DNA from: an uncultured Candidatus Saccharibacteria bacterium
GTDB lineage: Bacteria; Patescibacteriota; Dojkabacteria; SC72
Assembly (NCBI GenBank): GCA_964452735.1
Contig: CAYVNA010000004.1
Location: 1 to 47,603, forward strand
Length of the DNA stretch: 47,603 nucleotides
Direction: 5' to 3'
The notes beneath the pieces are model-generated. The model did not search any database, was not told the DNA's origin, and was given only the letters and a program-made list of their open reading frames with translations. The translations under genes were made by a program, and so were the position numbers. The first letter of the stretch is position 1; the number at the start of each line of letters is the position of its first letter. Shown here in pieces: positions 18,355-28,837 of the stretch.

Positions 18355-20127
18355 ATGAAGAACAAATGGGATCTAAAACAACTATACAAATCACAAAATG
18401 ACCCTCAAATCGAAAGGGATATATACAAGAGTAAGAATATTGTAACGAGGTTTGTAAAGAAATGGACTAAGGACAAAAGCTTCTTGCAGAATGAAACTTC
18501 ACTTAAGAAAGCTCTAGACGAATATGAGAAAATACATCAAGAAATAGGGCTTTGTGATAAACCATTCCTCTACTTCCATCTCCAGTATTCACTTGATCAA
18601 ACAAATACTGAAATAAGGGGAAGACTTAACAAAATAGAGGAGACAGTAACAAAACTATCTAACGATATACAATTCTTTGAGTTGGAGCTATCTAAGCTAG
18701 ACAAGAAAATCCAAAAGGAATTCCTAAATTCCAAGCTTCTCAGAAACTACAAACACTTCCTTGAGACACTGTTCAGGGTATCTCCATATATTCTTTCCGA
18801 GAAAGAGGAACATGTTTTCAATCTCCTCTCAAAAACATCCCTTAGTAACTGGATAAGTATGGTAGAACAACTTCTAGACAAGCAGAACTTCAAGGTTAAG
18901 GATGAAAAGAGCAAATATGTTGAAATAAACTATAACCAGATATCGAAATATTTAGATTCAAAAGAACAAGGTGTCAGAGAATATGCTGCGAAACAGTTCA
19001 ATAAAGTAAATAGTAGATACTTAGAGATTGCAGAATTTGAGATTAATTCTGTACTAGAACAGAAGAAGATCATAGATGAGTATAGAGGATTTGAGAGACC
19101 AGATCTTTCCAGACATATTGGCGATGATATCGAGAGTGAAGTAGTAGATACCTTAGTGAATGTAGTAACAGAGAATTTTGATATCTCTAGAGAATACTAC
19201 AATATAAAGGCAAGGCATCTGGGTAAAAAGAAAATCAAATACTATGAAAAGAATGTCCCTATTGGGCAATTTGATAAGAGTTTCTCATATAGAAAAAGTC
19301 TTGATATTGTAAAAAAGAGTTTCAAGAATTTGGACAATGACTTCTACAACATAATAGATGGATATAATAAAAATGGTCAATATGATGTATTCCCACAACA
19401 GGGGAAAAGTGGAGGAGCAGTATGTATAAGTATGAATAAAACACTCCCCACATTCATACTCCTTAATCATAATAATAGGTTGAATGACCTTCTAACAATA
19501 GCTCATGAAAGTGGACATGGTATTCATAGTGAGTTCTCTAGGGCTCAAAATTCTTTAAATAGTGGACATCCAATATCCCTTGCTGAAATAGCTAGTACAT
19601 TTTTTGAGAATGCGGTAATACAAGATATTTTGGATGAAAGTAAGGAAGAGGAGAAATTCAGTATTCTCTCCCAACAATTAAATGCAGAGGTAGGAACTAT
19701 CTTTAGGCAGGTTGCCTTCTATAATTTCGAGAAGGAATTACACTCATCTTTTAGGAAGAAGGGGTATTTGGATAAGGAATATATTTCAGATCTCTTCTGT
19801 AAACATATGAAAGCATATATGGGAGATTCGGTGGAAGAGGATGATAGTATGCGTAATGGTTGGATATATGTTTCTCACTTTAGATATTTCTTCTATGTAT
19901 ATTCATATGCTAGTGGGCTTTTGATAGGGAAGGCATTATTAGATATGGTTAAAGAGGATAAAAGTAAGATATCGTTAGTTAAGGAATTCTTAAGTTCTGG
20001 GAGTAGCAAATCTCCCATAGTGTTGTTTAGAGAGCTTGGTCTTGATATAATGAAGAAGGATATATGGGAGAGAGGTTTAAGTGATATTAATTCTTCTCTA
20101 ATATCTTTAAATAAGTTTTCTATATAG
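18355..20127 (+). CDS. pepF: Oligoendopeptidase F (M3B metallopeptidase)
   Basis: HESGHGIHS (HExxH) in an M3-sized protein. The N-terminus MKNKWDLKQLY is PepF-like. The track ORF start at 18244 runs through the antisense T-box leader and is very likely an artefact. TATAAT at 18342-18347 lies 7 nt upstream of ATG 18355. Confidence 0.9.
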   Translation: MKNKWDLKQLYKSQNDPQIERDIYKSKNIVTRFVKKWTKDKSFLQNETSLKKALDEYEKIHQEIGLCDKPFLYFHLQYSLDQTNTEIRGRLNKIEETVTKLSNDIQFFELELSKLDKKIQKEFLNSKLLRNYKHFLETLFRVSPYILSEKEEHVFNLLSKTSLSNWISMVEQLLDKQNFKVKDEKSKYVEINYNQISKYLDSKEQGVREYAAKQFNKVNSRYLEIAEFEINSVLEQKKIIDEYRGFERPDLSRHIGDDIESEVVDTLVNVVTENFDISREYYNIKARHLGKKKIKYYEKNVPIGQFDKSFSYRKSLDIVKKSFKNLDNDFYNIIDGYNKNGQYDVFPQQGKSGGAVCISMNKTLPTFILLNHNNRLNDLLTIAHESGHGIHSEFSRAQNSLNSGHPISLAEIASTFFENAVIQDILDESKEEEKFSILSQQLNAEVGTIFRQVAFYNFEKELHSSFRKKGYLDKEYISDLFCKHMKAYMGDSVEEDDSMRNGWIYVSHFRYFFYVYSYASGLLIGKALLDMVKEDKSKISLVKEFLSSGSSKSPIVLFRELGLDIMKKDIWERGLSDINSSLISLNKFSI

Positions 20128-20132
20128 AGAGA

Positions 20133-20534
20133 ATGGAAACAGAGAGAAACGAATTTGGCAAAAAAACAGCAGTAGATATTTGCCTTATGCTAGCACAAGA
20201 TCCTCGAAGCAGAAGAATTGAGAAGTATCCAATTGCTTATTCATATAACAGAATTCTAAATGAAAAAGAAGAGCTTACTATCTTAGGGATAGAAAAAAAA
20301 GGAATGATTCTTTATTATGGGACGATAACAAAAGAGGATCCACAAGGAGATTCTGAGAACATAATTGCATACACAGATATTCCTAATATGGTTCAGGCTC
20401 ACCTTCTTGAAAACGTAACAAAAGTTCATGGGATACAAATTAGCAATCAACATGAGTTAATCGTAGAAACAGAATCTGGTATTGAGATATATCCAGAGAA
20501 TGGAGAGCCATATAGCCCTGCTATATCTTCTTAA
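20133..20534 (+). CDS. Hypothetical protein
   Basis: 133-aa ORF, 5 nt after pepF. No family recognised. Confidence 0.55.
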   Translation: METERNEFGKKTAVDICLMLAQDPRSRRIEKYPIAYSYNRILNEKEELTILGIEKKGMILYYGTITKEDPQGDSENIIAYTDIPNMVQAHLLENVTKVHGIQISNQHELIVETESGIEIYPENGEPYSPAISS

Positions 20535-20535
20535 A

Positions 20536-20606
20536 TTGCCGGACCTAGATTCGAACTAGGATTAACGGTTTCAGAGACCGTCGTCCTACCATTAGACGAT
20601 CCGGCA
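20536..20606 (-). tRNA. tRNA-Gln (anticodon CUG)
   Basis: Minus strand: UGCCGGA acceptor (U1:A72, typical of bacterial tRNA-Gln). Anticodon stem ACGGU/ACCGU with loop CUCUGAA. T arm CCUAG-UUCGAAU-CUAGG. No encoded CCA. Confidence 0.9.
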
Positions 20607-20619
20607 ACAATAACGAATA

Positions 20620-22242
20620 TTATACCATTATATCAATATAATTCTCTAACCTTTCCCTCACCTTCTCATAACCCAAAACCTTCATAACCTGATATAAATC
20701 AGGTGTTCTCGTCCTATGTGTCACCCCAACTCTCAAAACCATAGCAACATCCCCCACCCTTTCAATATTTAAATTCTTCGCAACATCCTTAACAACATCA
20801 AACCACTCATCAGAAGAAGATACATCCAAACTAAAAACTTCCAGATACTTATTCAAAATATCCACCTGTATACCAACTGGTATTTTCTCACTAATATCCT
20901 CTGGAAAATCAAGGAGATTATCAAAAAATATCCTTAACTGATCCTTAACATCTTTAAACTTAACAATATCCTTCCTAATCTTCTCCCCAACCCTCTCAAT
21001 ATTAAGTATTGAGATACAGTACTCTTTATTATTGATTAGTAATTCATAAACCTCTTTATCAAAATCTCTAGACCACTCTAGTGCCATATTGTATACATCC
21101 TCAGCAGACAGAGTTGCTAAATAGTCCTTACAAGTATCATCTAATTTCTGGATATCAAACAATGCGCCTGCTTTATTAAATTTCTCTATCTTTAAATTAA
21201 ATTCCCATGGAGAAACAGTTGGATTCTCTATCCTCCAGTCATAGAAATTTGAATTAGCGATATTAAGAAGATATGCTAAAACACCTTCCTTTGGATAACC
21301 ATTTTCAACATAGTATGAAGCTGCAGCTTCAGGGTCCTTTCTCTTACTCAGCTTTCTCTTATTTCCATTATCCAGCTTCATTATTGGAGACAGATGAGCA
21401 TATGGAATTTGATTAAAACCTAATTTACTAAATAATTCCAAATGAAGAGGTACAGATGCAAACCACTCATCAGCTCTAATCACATGGGTTATGCCCATTA
21501 ACATATCATCGATGGGATGTGCAAAATGATATGTTGGGAAACCATCAGACTTGAGAAGTACAGCATCCATATCATTCTCCCTTAGGGTAACACCTCCCTT
21601 AACCATATCTTTGAAAGAAAATGTCTTTTCAAAATCACCAGTGGAGTATAGTCTGATAACAAATTTCTTACCACTCTCTATTCTCTCCTGAATATCTTCA
21701 ACACTTGCATCCCTCCATTTTGCCCACTTACCATAACACCCTGTTCTTTCACCTAATTCTAATTGTTTAGTTCTAATTTTTTCTAGATCTTCCTCTCTAA
21801 GAAAGCAAGGATATGCACGACCTCTTGAAATCAACTCCTTAGCATATACCCTATATATCTCCAACCTCTTACTCTGAATATATGGTCCATACTCACCCAC
21901 CCATTCATCCTCATTTATCATTCCTTCATCAAATTCAATACCAAAACCCTTCAATCCATCAACAATACCAGTTACACCATTCTCTACTTCCCTTCCCTTG
22001 TCTGTATCCTCTATACGCAATATCGCAACACCGTTTGTTTGCTTAGCAAGTTTGACACAAACTAAACCAGCAAATATATTTCCTAATTGTATGAAACCAG
22101 TAGGGCTAGGAGCAAACCTCAAGATCATTTCTCCATCTTTAGACTCTCTCTTTGGATATCTACTCTCCAAATCCGAAGGAATCTCTCTAACATCTGGGAA
22201 AAGTATCTCCGCTAACTTTGTATTCTCCTCTTTTGTTCTCAT
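20620..22242 (-). CDS. gltX: Glutamyl-tRNA synthetase
   Basis: RFAPSPTGFIQLGN...ILRIEDTD...KLSKRK, the bacterial GluRS pattern. The HIGH position reads QLGN. Confidence 0.92.
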   Translation of the reverse strand: MRTKEENTKLAEILFPDVREIPSDLESRYPKRESKDGEMILRFAPSPTGFIQLGNIFAGLVCVKLAKQTNGVAILRIEDTDKGREVENGVTGIVDGLKGFGIEFDEGMINEDEWVGEYGPYIQSKRLEIYRVYAKELISRGRAYPCFLREEDLEKIRTKQLELGERTGCYGKWAKWRDASVEDIQERIESGKKFVIRLYSTGDFEKTFSFKDMVKGGVTLRENDMDAVLLKSDGFPTYHFAHPIDDMLMGITHVIRADEWFASVPLHLELFSKLGFNQIPYAHLSPIMKLDNGNKRKLSKRKDPEAAASYYVENGYPKEGVLAYLLNIANSNFYDWRIENPTVSPWEFNLKIEKFNKAGALFDIQKLDDTCKDYLATLSAEDVYNMALEWSRDFDKEVYELLINNKEYCISILNIERVGEKIRKDIVKFKDVKDQLRIFFDNLLDFPEDISEKIPVGIQVDILNKYLEVFSLDVSSSDEWFDVVKDVAKNLNIERVGDVAMVLRVGVTHRTRTPDLYQVMKVLGYEKVRERLENYIDIMV

Positions 22243-22299
22243 TATATTACTGGTAATATTATGGTTGATAGTATAGTTAAGTATTGTTAAGATTATACC

Positions 22300-23619
22300 A
22301 TGACTTTAACAGAGGCAGCATTCTGGACTAAAAGATTTGGAGTTATTGCATTGGGGGCTTTTGCCATATTTTTGATAGTAATCCTTTTACTAACTCTTAG
22401 ACAGGAAGATGCTATGCCACCGGAATACCTCACAGCAAATTACGCATGTACAGAAAAAAGAGAAGACTTCTTGAGCGAGAAGTTAGAGATACCTTCATTG
22501 AATCTAGCCGACGGATCAGAAATGGTCTTCGAGATAAATACGGATACTGGGAAGATCGAGTCAATTCCTCAGATTGTTAATGTATATAGGTTCAACAACC
22601 CAACACAGTCATTGAGTGCACAGGCAGATGCAAAAATACTTTCAAAGAAGCTTGGATTTGATCCAGATTCCATAATTAGGAGAGGTACACAAAGCTATGT
22701 ATGGGTTGATAGGGATACTGGGAGAACACTTGAGATCCAAGCAAAGAATCTTAACCTTTCTTTAAAGACAGATCCTGCAGTAATTAGAGAAGCATTAAAT
22801 ACAGGGAATCTTCCATCAGAGCAAGAAGCTAAGACAAGAGCTGCAAATGCATTGCGTACTCTTGGGATATACACAGACGATTATTCCAGTGGGAATCACC
22901 AAACAACATATATAGATATTAATCCTGACGGATCTTTTAGTAAGGCTGCTTCTGCATCCGAAGCTGAGTTGATTAGAGTAGATTTTGTAAGGAAGAAATC
23001 GATGATAACGATATCTTCAAATATAGTAGGTGCTGAGACTATGGTACAAACGCTGTCGAAGAAGCTTCCAGAAGCTCCGGCGGTAGAGTCTAGAATTATC
23101 AATGATGAGAAGATTTCAATATCCACATTTAATACCTTGGTATCTTTTCCACAAACACAAAGGAGTAATATATCAGTATATGTTGGAGCACTATATAAGG
23201 GAACAAAGTTGAATTCCTCAATCAGCACAATATACCAGATAGATTATACATACTGGCCCATCGAAGTAGATGCCTGTGGTACATACGAGCTCATCTCTCC
23301 ACAAACAGCAATAGAAAAAATCCAATCAGGAGAAGGAAGTCTAGCATATCTCTACGAGAAAGGTGGAGATGATGTTGTAGAATATACTCCTCAGAGAGTA
23401 AAGAAGTTTCTAATACTCGATGTTAATCTCGTATATTACGAGTCGTGGAATGAATCTAATTATCTACAGCCAGTATATGTAGTTTCAGGAGAAGCCATAT
23501 TGAGTAATGACACAAAGGCTCTTTTTGATTACTACTATCCAGCTATCAATTATTCCATAGTGCAAGACAAGATTGAATTACCTGAACCAGAGATAGTTGA
23601 AAGCAATTCCCTATTCTAG
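22300..23619 (+). CDS. Hypothetical membrane-anchored extracytoplasmic protein
   Basis: 439-aa ORF with one N-terminal TM (FGVIALGAFAIFLIVILLLTL). No recognised domain. Confidence 0.65.
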   Translation: MTLTEAAFWTKRFGVIALGAFAIFLIVILLLTLRQEDAMPPEYLTANYACTEKREDFLSEKLEIPSLNLADGSEMVFEINTDTGKIESIPQIVNVYRFNNPTQSLSAQADAKILSKKLGFDPDSIIRRGTQSYVWVDRDTGRTLEIQAKNLNLSLKTDPAVIREALNTGNLPSEQEAKTRAANALRTLGIYTDDYSSGNHQTTYIDINPDGSFSKAASASEAELIRVDFVRKKSMITISSNIVGAETMVQTLSKKLPEAPAVESRIINDEKISISTFNTLVSFPQTQRSNISVYVGALYKGTKLNSSISTIYQIDYTYWPIEVDACGTYELISPQTAIEKIQSGEGSLAYLYEKGGDDVVEYTPQRVKKFLILDVNLVYYESWNESNYLQPVYVVSGEAILSNDTKALFDYYYPAINYSIVQDKIELPEPEIVESNSLF

Positions 23620-25358
23620 CCCTTAAGCTGTATCCCCAGCATATCCAAATCCTCTTTAGAAACCTCTCTAGGAGCTCCAGTCATCAACTCTTGGGCATTT
23701 GTCTTAGGAAATGCATATACCTCTCTAATATTCTGTTCATCGAATAACAGCATCATGTATCTATCAAAACCCACTGCAAATCCCCCATGTGGAGGAGCAC
23801 CATATTCAAAAGCAGATATCATATGCTCGAATTTCCTTCGCGTTTCTTCCTCTGTATACCCAACGATCTCGAAGGCTTTGACAAACGTCTTAGGATGGAA
23901 GTTACGGATAGATCCACTGGCTAATTCATATCCATTACAAGCCAAATCATACTGTTCCGCAAGAATATCCTTTGGATCTTTACTCTCTAGAGACTCCAAA
24001 CCTCCCTGAGGCATAGAGAAAGGATTGTGCCCAAAATCCCACTTACCTTTTCTTTCGTCCCATTCAAACATTGGGAAATCAACTATCCATGCAAACGCCA
24101 TTTGATTAGGATCCTTCAAATCTAGAAGGTCTCCCATCTTACTCCTAACTACACCTGTTAATTTACATGCCTTTGCATACTCATCTGCGATTGCAAATAT
24201 TGTTTGATTCCCACTAATGACATATCCTAAATCCACTAGCTTATTCAATATCCTCTCCTGAATACCTTCATCAAAGAATTTACTCATTGTTCCACCTATT
24301 TTTCCTCCTTCTATAGAAAACCAAGCCAGACCCTTAGCACCTTCTTTTTTCATTTCTTCAGTAATATCCTCTATTTCTTTCTTGGAGAATTCTTTATCTA
24401 CTAGAATAGCCTTAACTGTTTCCACATTCTTAAATATATCCATTTCCGAATCCTTAAACTCTGCAGTTAGATCTGTTAGGAACATATCATATCTCAAATC
24501 TGGTTTATCTGATCCATACTTCTCTATTGCCTCTTTGTATGAAATTCGAGGAAAGGGATACTGAAGAATACCCTTCTTTGTCAGATTGCCAACTGTTTCT
24601 TTGAAGTACGGCTCTACAAGCTCAAAAAATTCATCTCTCTCAATGAATGAACACTCCACATCTATTTGATAGAAGTCACCTGAGTGCCTATCAGCACGAG
24701 GATCTTCATCTCTAAAACATGGAGCTATCTGGAAATATCTATGAAGTCCTCCGACCATTAGTAATTGCTTGTATTGCTGAGGAGCCTGAGGAAGAGCATA
24801 GAACTTCCCTTTGTGAATTCTACTAGGTACCAAATAATCTCTGGCTCCTTCAGGAGTACTTACAGTCAAGAGAGGAGTCTGTACCTCTACAAAATCCTGA
24901 GAAGAAAACCACTCCCTAGTTAGCATCATTAATCTATGCCTAGACTCTATTAAATGTCTAACTCTATCTCTCCTGATATCTATATACCTGTATTTCAACC
25001 TAACATTCTCATCTATTTCATCACCTTCCGTATCCAATGGAAAAGGGGGAGTCTTAGATTCATTTAAGATATATATCTGAGACACATCAACCTCTACACT
25101 ACCAGTAGCCATGGATTCGTTAACTAATCCCTCATCCCTCTTTTTTACTGTACCAACTATTCTGAGTACATATTCCAAGCCAATATTCCCAATTTCCCCT
25201 AGCTTGTTATGGTCAAGAACCAACTGAATCTTCCCAGACCAATCTCTCAAATCAATGAACACTAAAGAACCGTGGTCCCTAATTCTACTAGCCCAACCAC
25301 AAATCTCTACTTCGTTCCCTACATTGTTCAAAGTATCTCTTACTAAAATTCTTTGCAT
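23616..25358 (-). CDS. aspS: Aspartyl-tRNA synthetase
   Basis: OB-fold N-terminus. Class II motifs FRDEDPRADR and GGFAVGFDR. Bacterial-type insertion domain. Confidence 0.95.
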   Translation of the reverse strand: MQRILVRDTLNNVGNEVEICGWASRIRDHGSLVFIDLRDWSGKIQLVLDHNKLGEIGNIGLEYVLRIVGTVKKRDEGLVNESMATGSVEVDVSQIYILNESKTPPFPLDTEGDEIDENVRLKYRYIDIRRDRVRHLIESRHRLMMLTREWFSSQDFVEVQTPLLTVSTPEGARDYLVPSRIHKGKFYALPQAPQQYKQLLMVGGLHRYFQIAPCFRDEDPRADRHSGDFYQIDVECSFIERDEFFELVEPYFKETVGNLTKKGILQYPFPRISYKEAIEKYGSDKPDLRYDMFLTDLTAEFKDSEMDIFKNVETVKAILVDKEFSKKEIEDITEEMKKEGAKGLAWFSIEGGKIGGTMSKFFDEGIQERILNKLVDLGYVISGNQTIFAIADEYAKACKLTGVVRSKMGDLLDLKDPNQMAFAWIVDFPMFEWDERKGKWDFGHNPFSMPQGGLESLESKDPKDILAEQYDLACNGYELASGSIRNFHPKTFVKAFEIVGYTEEETRRKFEHMISAFEYGAPPHGGFAVGFDRYMMLLFDEQNIREVYAFPKTNAQELMTGAPREVSKEDLDMLGIQLKG

Positions 25359-25397
25359 ATGTTTAATACTACAGATTACTAGATAGATTTTATCAAT

Positions 25398-27080
25398 TTA
25401 ATTAACAGATCTCCACTCCTTTACATTGAATTGTACACTTTCAACACCATTCCATACATTAATATCTGGATATCCCACAGCATCTATCCTGCTACCATCA
25501 GTAATTTCATCAATATCTTCCTTGCAATTAAAGAGCAGGAGAGAGAGGTAGTCAGATCCACTACCTTTCACATATATCTTCATGTGGCTCTGATCTTTAC
25601 CCATAATCTGCTTCCTTTTTACTTCTAGGTTGGTCAAACATACATACGGCTTTGGATTACCATATCCTAATGGTTCAAGTTTTTTTAACTCTGCAACTAA
25701 TTCCGAGGTTATATCATTTGAATCTAATAATAGCTCCACTTTCAATTCAGGAATAAGGTCTTCCTCTCTAATATTTCTTTCTGCATAATCAGTAATTGAT
25801 TCAACAAATTCATCGATACTATCTAATTTTGCGGTAAATCCAGCAGCCAGTTCGTGTCCTCCATATCTTTCTAAATATTTACTATGTGCTTCCAAGGCTT
25901 TTGTAATATGAAAACCTTTTATACTCCTAGCAGAACCTTTGATAATGTTGTTGTTTTTTGTAGCTATGATGACTGGTTTGTAAAATTCTTCCTGAAGCTT
26001 ACCTGCAACAAGCCCTATGATACCCTCGTGCCAATCTTCTCCAAGGACAAACAGTAAATTACTTGATACATTAGAAATAGAGTCCCTTGCCTGCTGGAGG
26101 ATATCTTCTGTCATCTTCTGTCTTTCCCAGTTAGTGTTCTCGAGCAAATTGGCAATCTCCTTACATTGTTCTTCCCTTCTACTTACTAATAGCCTAACGG
26201 CATCCATCGGAGATGCTATTCTCCCAACTGCATTTATTCTAGGTCCGATAACATAGCCTAAGTGGTATACATCAATATCTTCGGGATCTAGACCTGCTCT
26301 AAGACTTAGCATTCTAAAACCTAGTCTCTCTCCTTTCCTTATCTCTTCCAAGCCATATTTAACAAATACCCTGTTTACATCTCGGAGGGGCATAATGTCT
26401 GTTATTGTTGTTAGAGCAACTAGATCTAATCCATATAGTGGGTTAACCTCCATATTGAAATGCTCCCTTAATCCCTGAACTAGAAGATAGGCAACAGAGG
26501 TACCACATATCTCTTTAAAAGGATATTCTTTTTCCTGAAACATTTGATGAAGAATGGGATAATCAAGATCATCAAAAACACCATCTGGTGGTTGATGATG
26601 ATCTGTCACTACAAAGTCTAACCTATCCTTGAACTCTGCTATTATATCCTTATCCCTAATGCCACAATCAACTGTTATGACTAGATTGGCACCTAGGCTA
26701 ACAACATCTTCCAATGAATCTTTTGTTAATCCATATCCCTGCTCTATCCTATTGGGGATATATGGTACCACATCTATTTTTTTAGATATGTGCTTTGAAA
26801 GATCCCTATACAGGAATTCCCAAAGAAGTGCAGTTGCACAGATACCATCAGCATCATAGTCTCCATGAATTAATATCTTACTACCCTTCTCGATATGTTC
26901 AGATATTTTCGAGATTGCAGAATTAACATCATTTATTTTTTCCCAGCTATATATGTTATCTAAAGAAGGATGGAGGAAAGACTCCCTATCCTCAATTCCC
27001 CTTATCTGAATAATGTGTTCTATGATATCTTCTACTTTCTTTTCAGGAAGTATCCACTTCCTCCTACTCTTCAGACTCAT
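25398..27080 (-). CDS. recJ: Single-stranded-DNA-specific exonuclease RecJ
   Basis: DHH-family motifs: IHGDYDADGICA, ITVDCG and VTDHHQP, followed by a DHHA1 region (GGHELAAG). Confidence 0.9.
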   Translation of the reverse strand: MSLKSRRKWILPEKKVEDIIEHIIQIRGIEDRESFLHPSLDNIYSWEKINDVNSAISKISEHIEKGSKILIHGDYDADGICATALLWEFLYRDLSKHISKKIDVVPYIPNRIEQGYGLTKDSLEDVVSLGANLVITVDCGIRDKDIIAEFKDRLDFVVTDHHQPPDGVFDDLDYPILHQMFQEKEYPFKEICGTSVAYLLVQGLREHFNMEVNPLYGLDLVALTTITDIMPLRDVNRVFVKYGLEEIRKGERLGFRMLSLRAGLDPEDIDVYHLGYVIGPRINAVGRIASPMDAVRLLVSRREEQCKEIANLLENTNWERQKMTEDILQQARDSISNVSSNLLFVLGEDWHEGIIGLVAGKLQEEFYKPVIIATKNNNIIKGSARSIKGFHITKALEAHSKYLERYGGHELAAGFTAKLDSIDEFVESITDYAERNIREEDLIPELKVELLLDSNDITSELVAELKKLEPLGYGNPKPYVCLTNLEVKRKQIMGKDQSHMKIYVKGSGSDYLSLLLFNCKEDIDEITDGSRIDAVGYPDINVWNGVESVQFNVKEWRSVN

Positions 27081-27717
27081 TGTTTATTAATTTCTCAATT
27101 AAGTCCCAACTAAAACCTTTTCTAAACAGGTATGATATCTTCTTGTTATCCATACTTGTTATCTTCTGATCCTTATATTTCTTCTCATATACCCTGCAGA
27201 GAAGGGCATATTCGTCTTGAACTAACTCCTTAACTTTGTCTTCTGCAATATCTCTAGAGACTCCCTTAGAGATCAGTTCCGACATTATCACGCCACTACC
27301 TCGCGGTCTACTTTTTAATCTGGATTGTATGAACTGTTCAGCAAAATGTGAATCATCAATGTATCCATATTTCTTTAATTTGGAGATAACATGCTCTAGG
27401 ATCTTTTCCTCCTCCTCTTTCGAAAGCTCAGAATACCAAACCCCTTTCTTCTTCATTATGATGTTCTTAATATATCTAGATATTTGTAATTCTGTTCTAG
27501 GTAATCTAGAGATATATTCAGAAGATCTTTGAAGGAACCTTTTCTTTAATTCGTGAAGAAACACCTTTGAAAGGAAATCTTCCTCCAGTTCCATCCCCAC
27601 ATATATGTTGTACTTAGCCAAAGAATCAAGAGAGATTCCAAAAGAGAATTCCCCATCAATATACATATTAACTCTAGAAGGATCTCTTTTTTGAGATACT
27701 AGTTTTGTTACTTTCAT
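27064..27717 (-). CDS. recX: RecX-family recombination regulator
   Basis: Immediately downstream of recA and overlapping it. The N-terminus (RVNMYIDGEFSFGISLDSLAKYNI) and helical repeats (ISRYIKN..., EQFIQSRLKS...) are RecX-like. Confidence 0.75.
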   Translation of the reverse strand: MKVTKLVSQKRDPSRVNMYIDGEFSFGISLDSLAKYNIYVGMELEEDFLSKVFLHELKKRFLQRSSEYISRLPRTELQISRYIKNIIMKKKGVWYSELSKEEEEKILEHVISKLKKYGYIDDSHFAEQFIQSRLKSRPRGSGVIMSELISKGVSRDIAEDKVKELVQDEYALLCRVYEKKYKDQKITSMDNKKISYLFRKGFSWDLIEKLINNESEE

Positions 27718-28742
27718 TATTTAATCTTTGCCTTAACTTCCTTCACAATCTTCTCTGAGAGTTTCTTGTCCTCCCTCAAAGCATCGGATGTTGCTTCTCT
27801 TCCCTGCCCTAATTGAATATCTCCATATTTAAACCAAGCACCGGCCTTCTGCACAACACCTAGCTCTAGAGCTGCATCTAATATACTGCTCTCCTTATCT
27901 ATACCGAGAGGATATATCATATTGAATGTTGCTTCTTTAAATGGCGGAGCCATCTTATTCTTAACTATCTTTACCTTTCTAGAATGACCTATTAATTTCC
28001 CATCCTTGAGAATTTTATCCTTTTGTCTAATATCCATTCTAACAGAGGAGTAGAACTTGAGAGCATTGCCACCTGTTGTTGTTTCAGGATTACCAAACAT
28101 AACGCCAATCTTCATTCTCAACTGGTTAAGGAAAATTATTGTTGTACCTGTCTTATTGGATATTGCAGTTATCTTTCTTAAGGCTTGAGACATTAATCTA
28201 GCCTGAAGACCCATATGGCTATCTCCCATATCTCCCTCAATCTCAGCTCTTGGAGTAAGTGCTGCTACAGAGTCGATTACTATGACTCCAAATGCAGCCG
28301 ATCGAACAAGCGTTTCAAGAATTTCTAGGGCCTGCTCTCCGAAGTCTGGTTGAGAAATGTATAGTTCCTCTATGTTCAACCCTATGTTTTTAGCATATCC
28401 TGGATCAAAAGCATGCTCAGCATCAATGAATGCAACTGCCTCACCTCTCTTTTGAGCTTCCGTTAAGATGTGAATAGCCAAAGTTGTTTTACCTGAGGAT
28501 TCTGGACCATATATTTCAATAATTCTTCCCTTTGGAATACCACCTACACCAAGTGCTATATCCAAAGAAAGTGCACCTGTGGGTATGACATCAATATCAA
28601 CTTTCTTCTCATCTCCAAGCTTCATGATCGAGCCCTTACCAAACTGCTTTTCTATTTGAGAGATTGCCATCTCAATGGCTTTTTTCTTATTATTATCTAC
28701 ACCCTGAATATCCCCTATATTCTTTTTATTTACATCTGTCAT
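27717..28742 (-). CDS. recA: Recombinase RecA
   Basis: FGKGSIM, Walker [19 protein letters not shown] and the L1/L2 regions are all canonical. Confidence 0.97.
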   Translation of the reverse strand: MTDVNKKNIGDIQGVDNNKKKAIEMAISQIEKQFGKGSIMKLGDEKKVDIDVIPTGALSLDIALGVGGIPKGRIIEIYGPESSGKTTLAIHILTEAQKRGEAVAFIDAEHAFDPGYAKNIGLNIEELYISQPDFGEQALEILETLVRSAAFGVIVIDSVAALTPRAEIEGDMGDSHMGLQARLMSQALRKITAISNKTGTTIIFLNQLRMKIGVMFGNPETTTGGNALKFYSSVRMDIRQKDKILKDGKLIGHSRKVKIVKNKMAPPFKEATFNMIYPLGIDKESSILDAALELGVVQKAGAWFKYGDIQLGQGREATSDALREDKKLSEKIVKEVKAKIK

Positions 28743-28837
28743 AGATAGTGGTCATAAATTTATTACATATCTAGAATAACAAAGTAGAGGTTACCCGTCA
28801 AAAATTTCTGAGTATCGTTAATGAACCGATAATAATT

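Noticed and set aside
28808-28830. Imperfect palindrome TCGTTAATGAACCGA upstream of recA as a possible LexA/SOS box
   Set aside because: It matches the Gram-positive CGAAC-N4-GTTCG box only partially and in the wrong half-site order. No lexA gene is in the window, and the site sits at the 3' end of the upstream gene. This is too weak to call.
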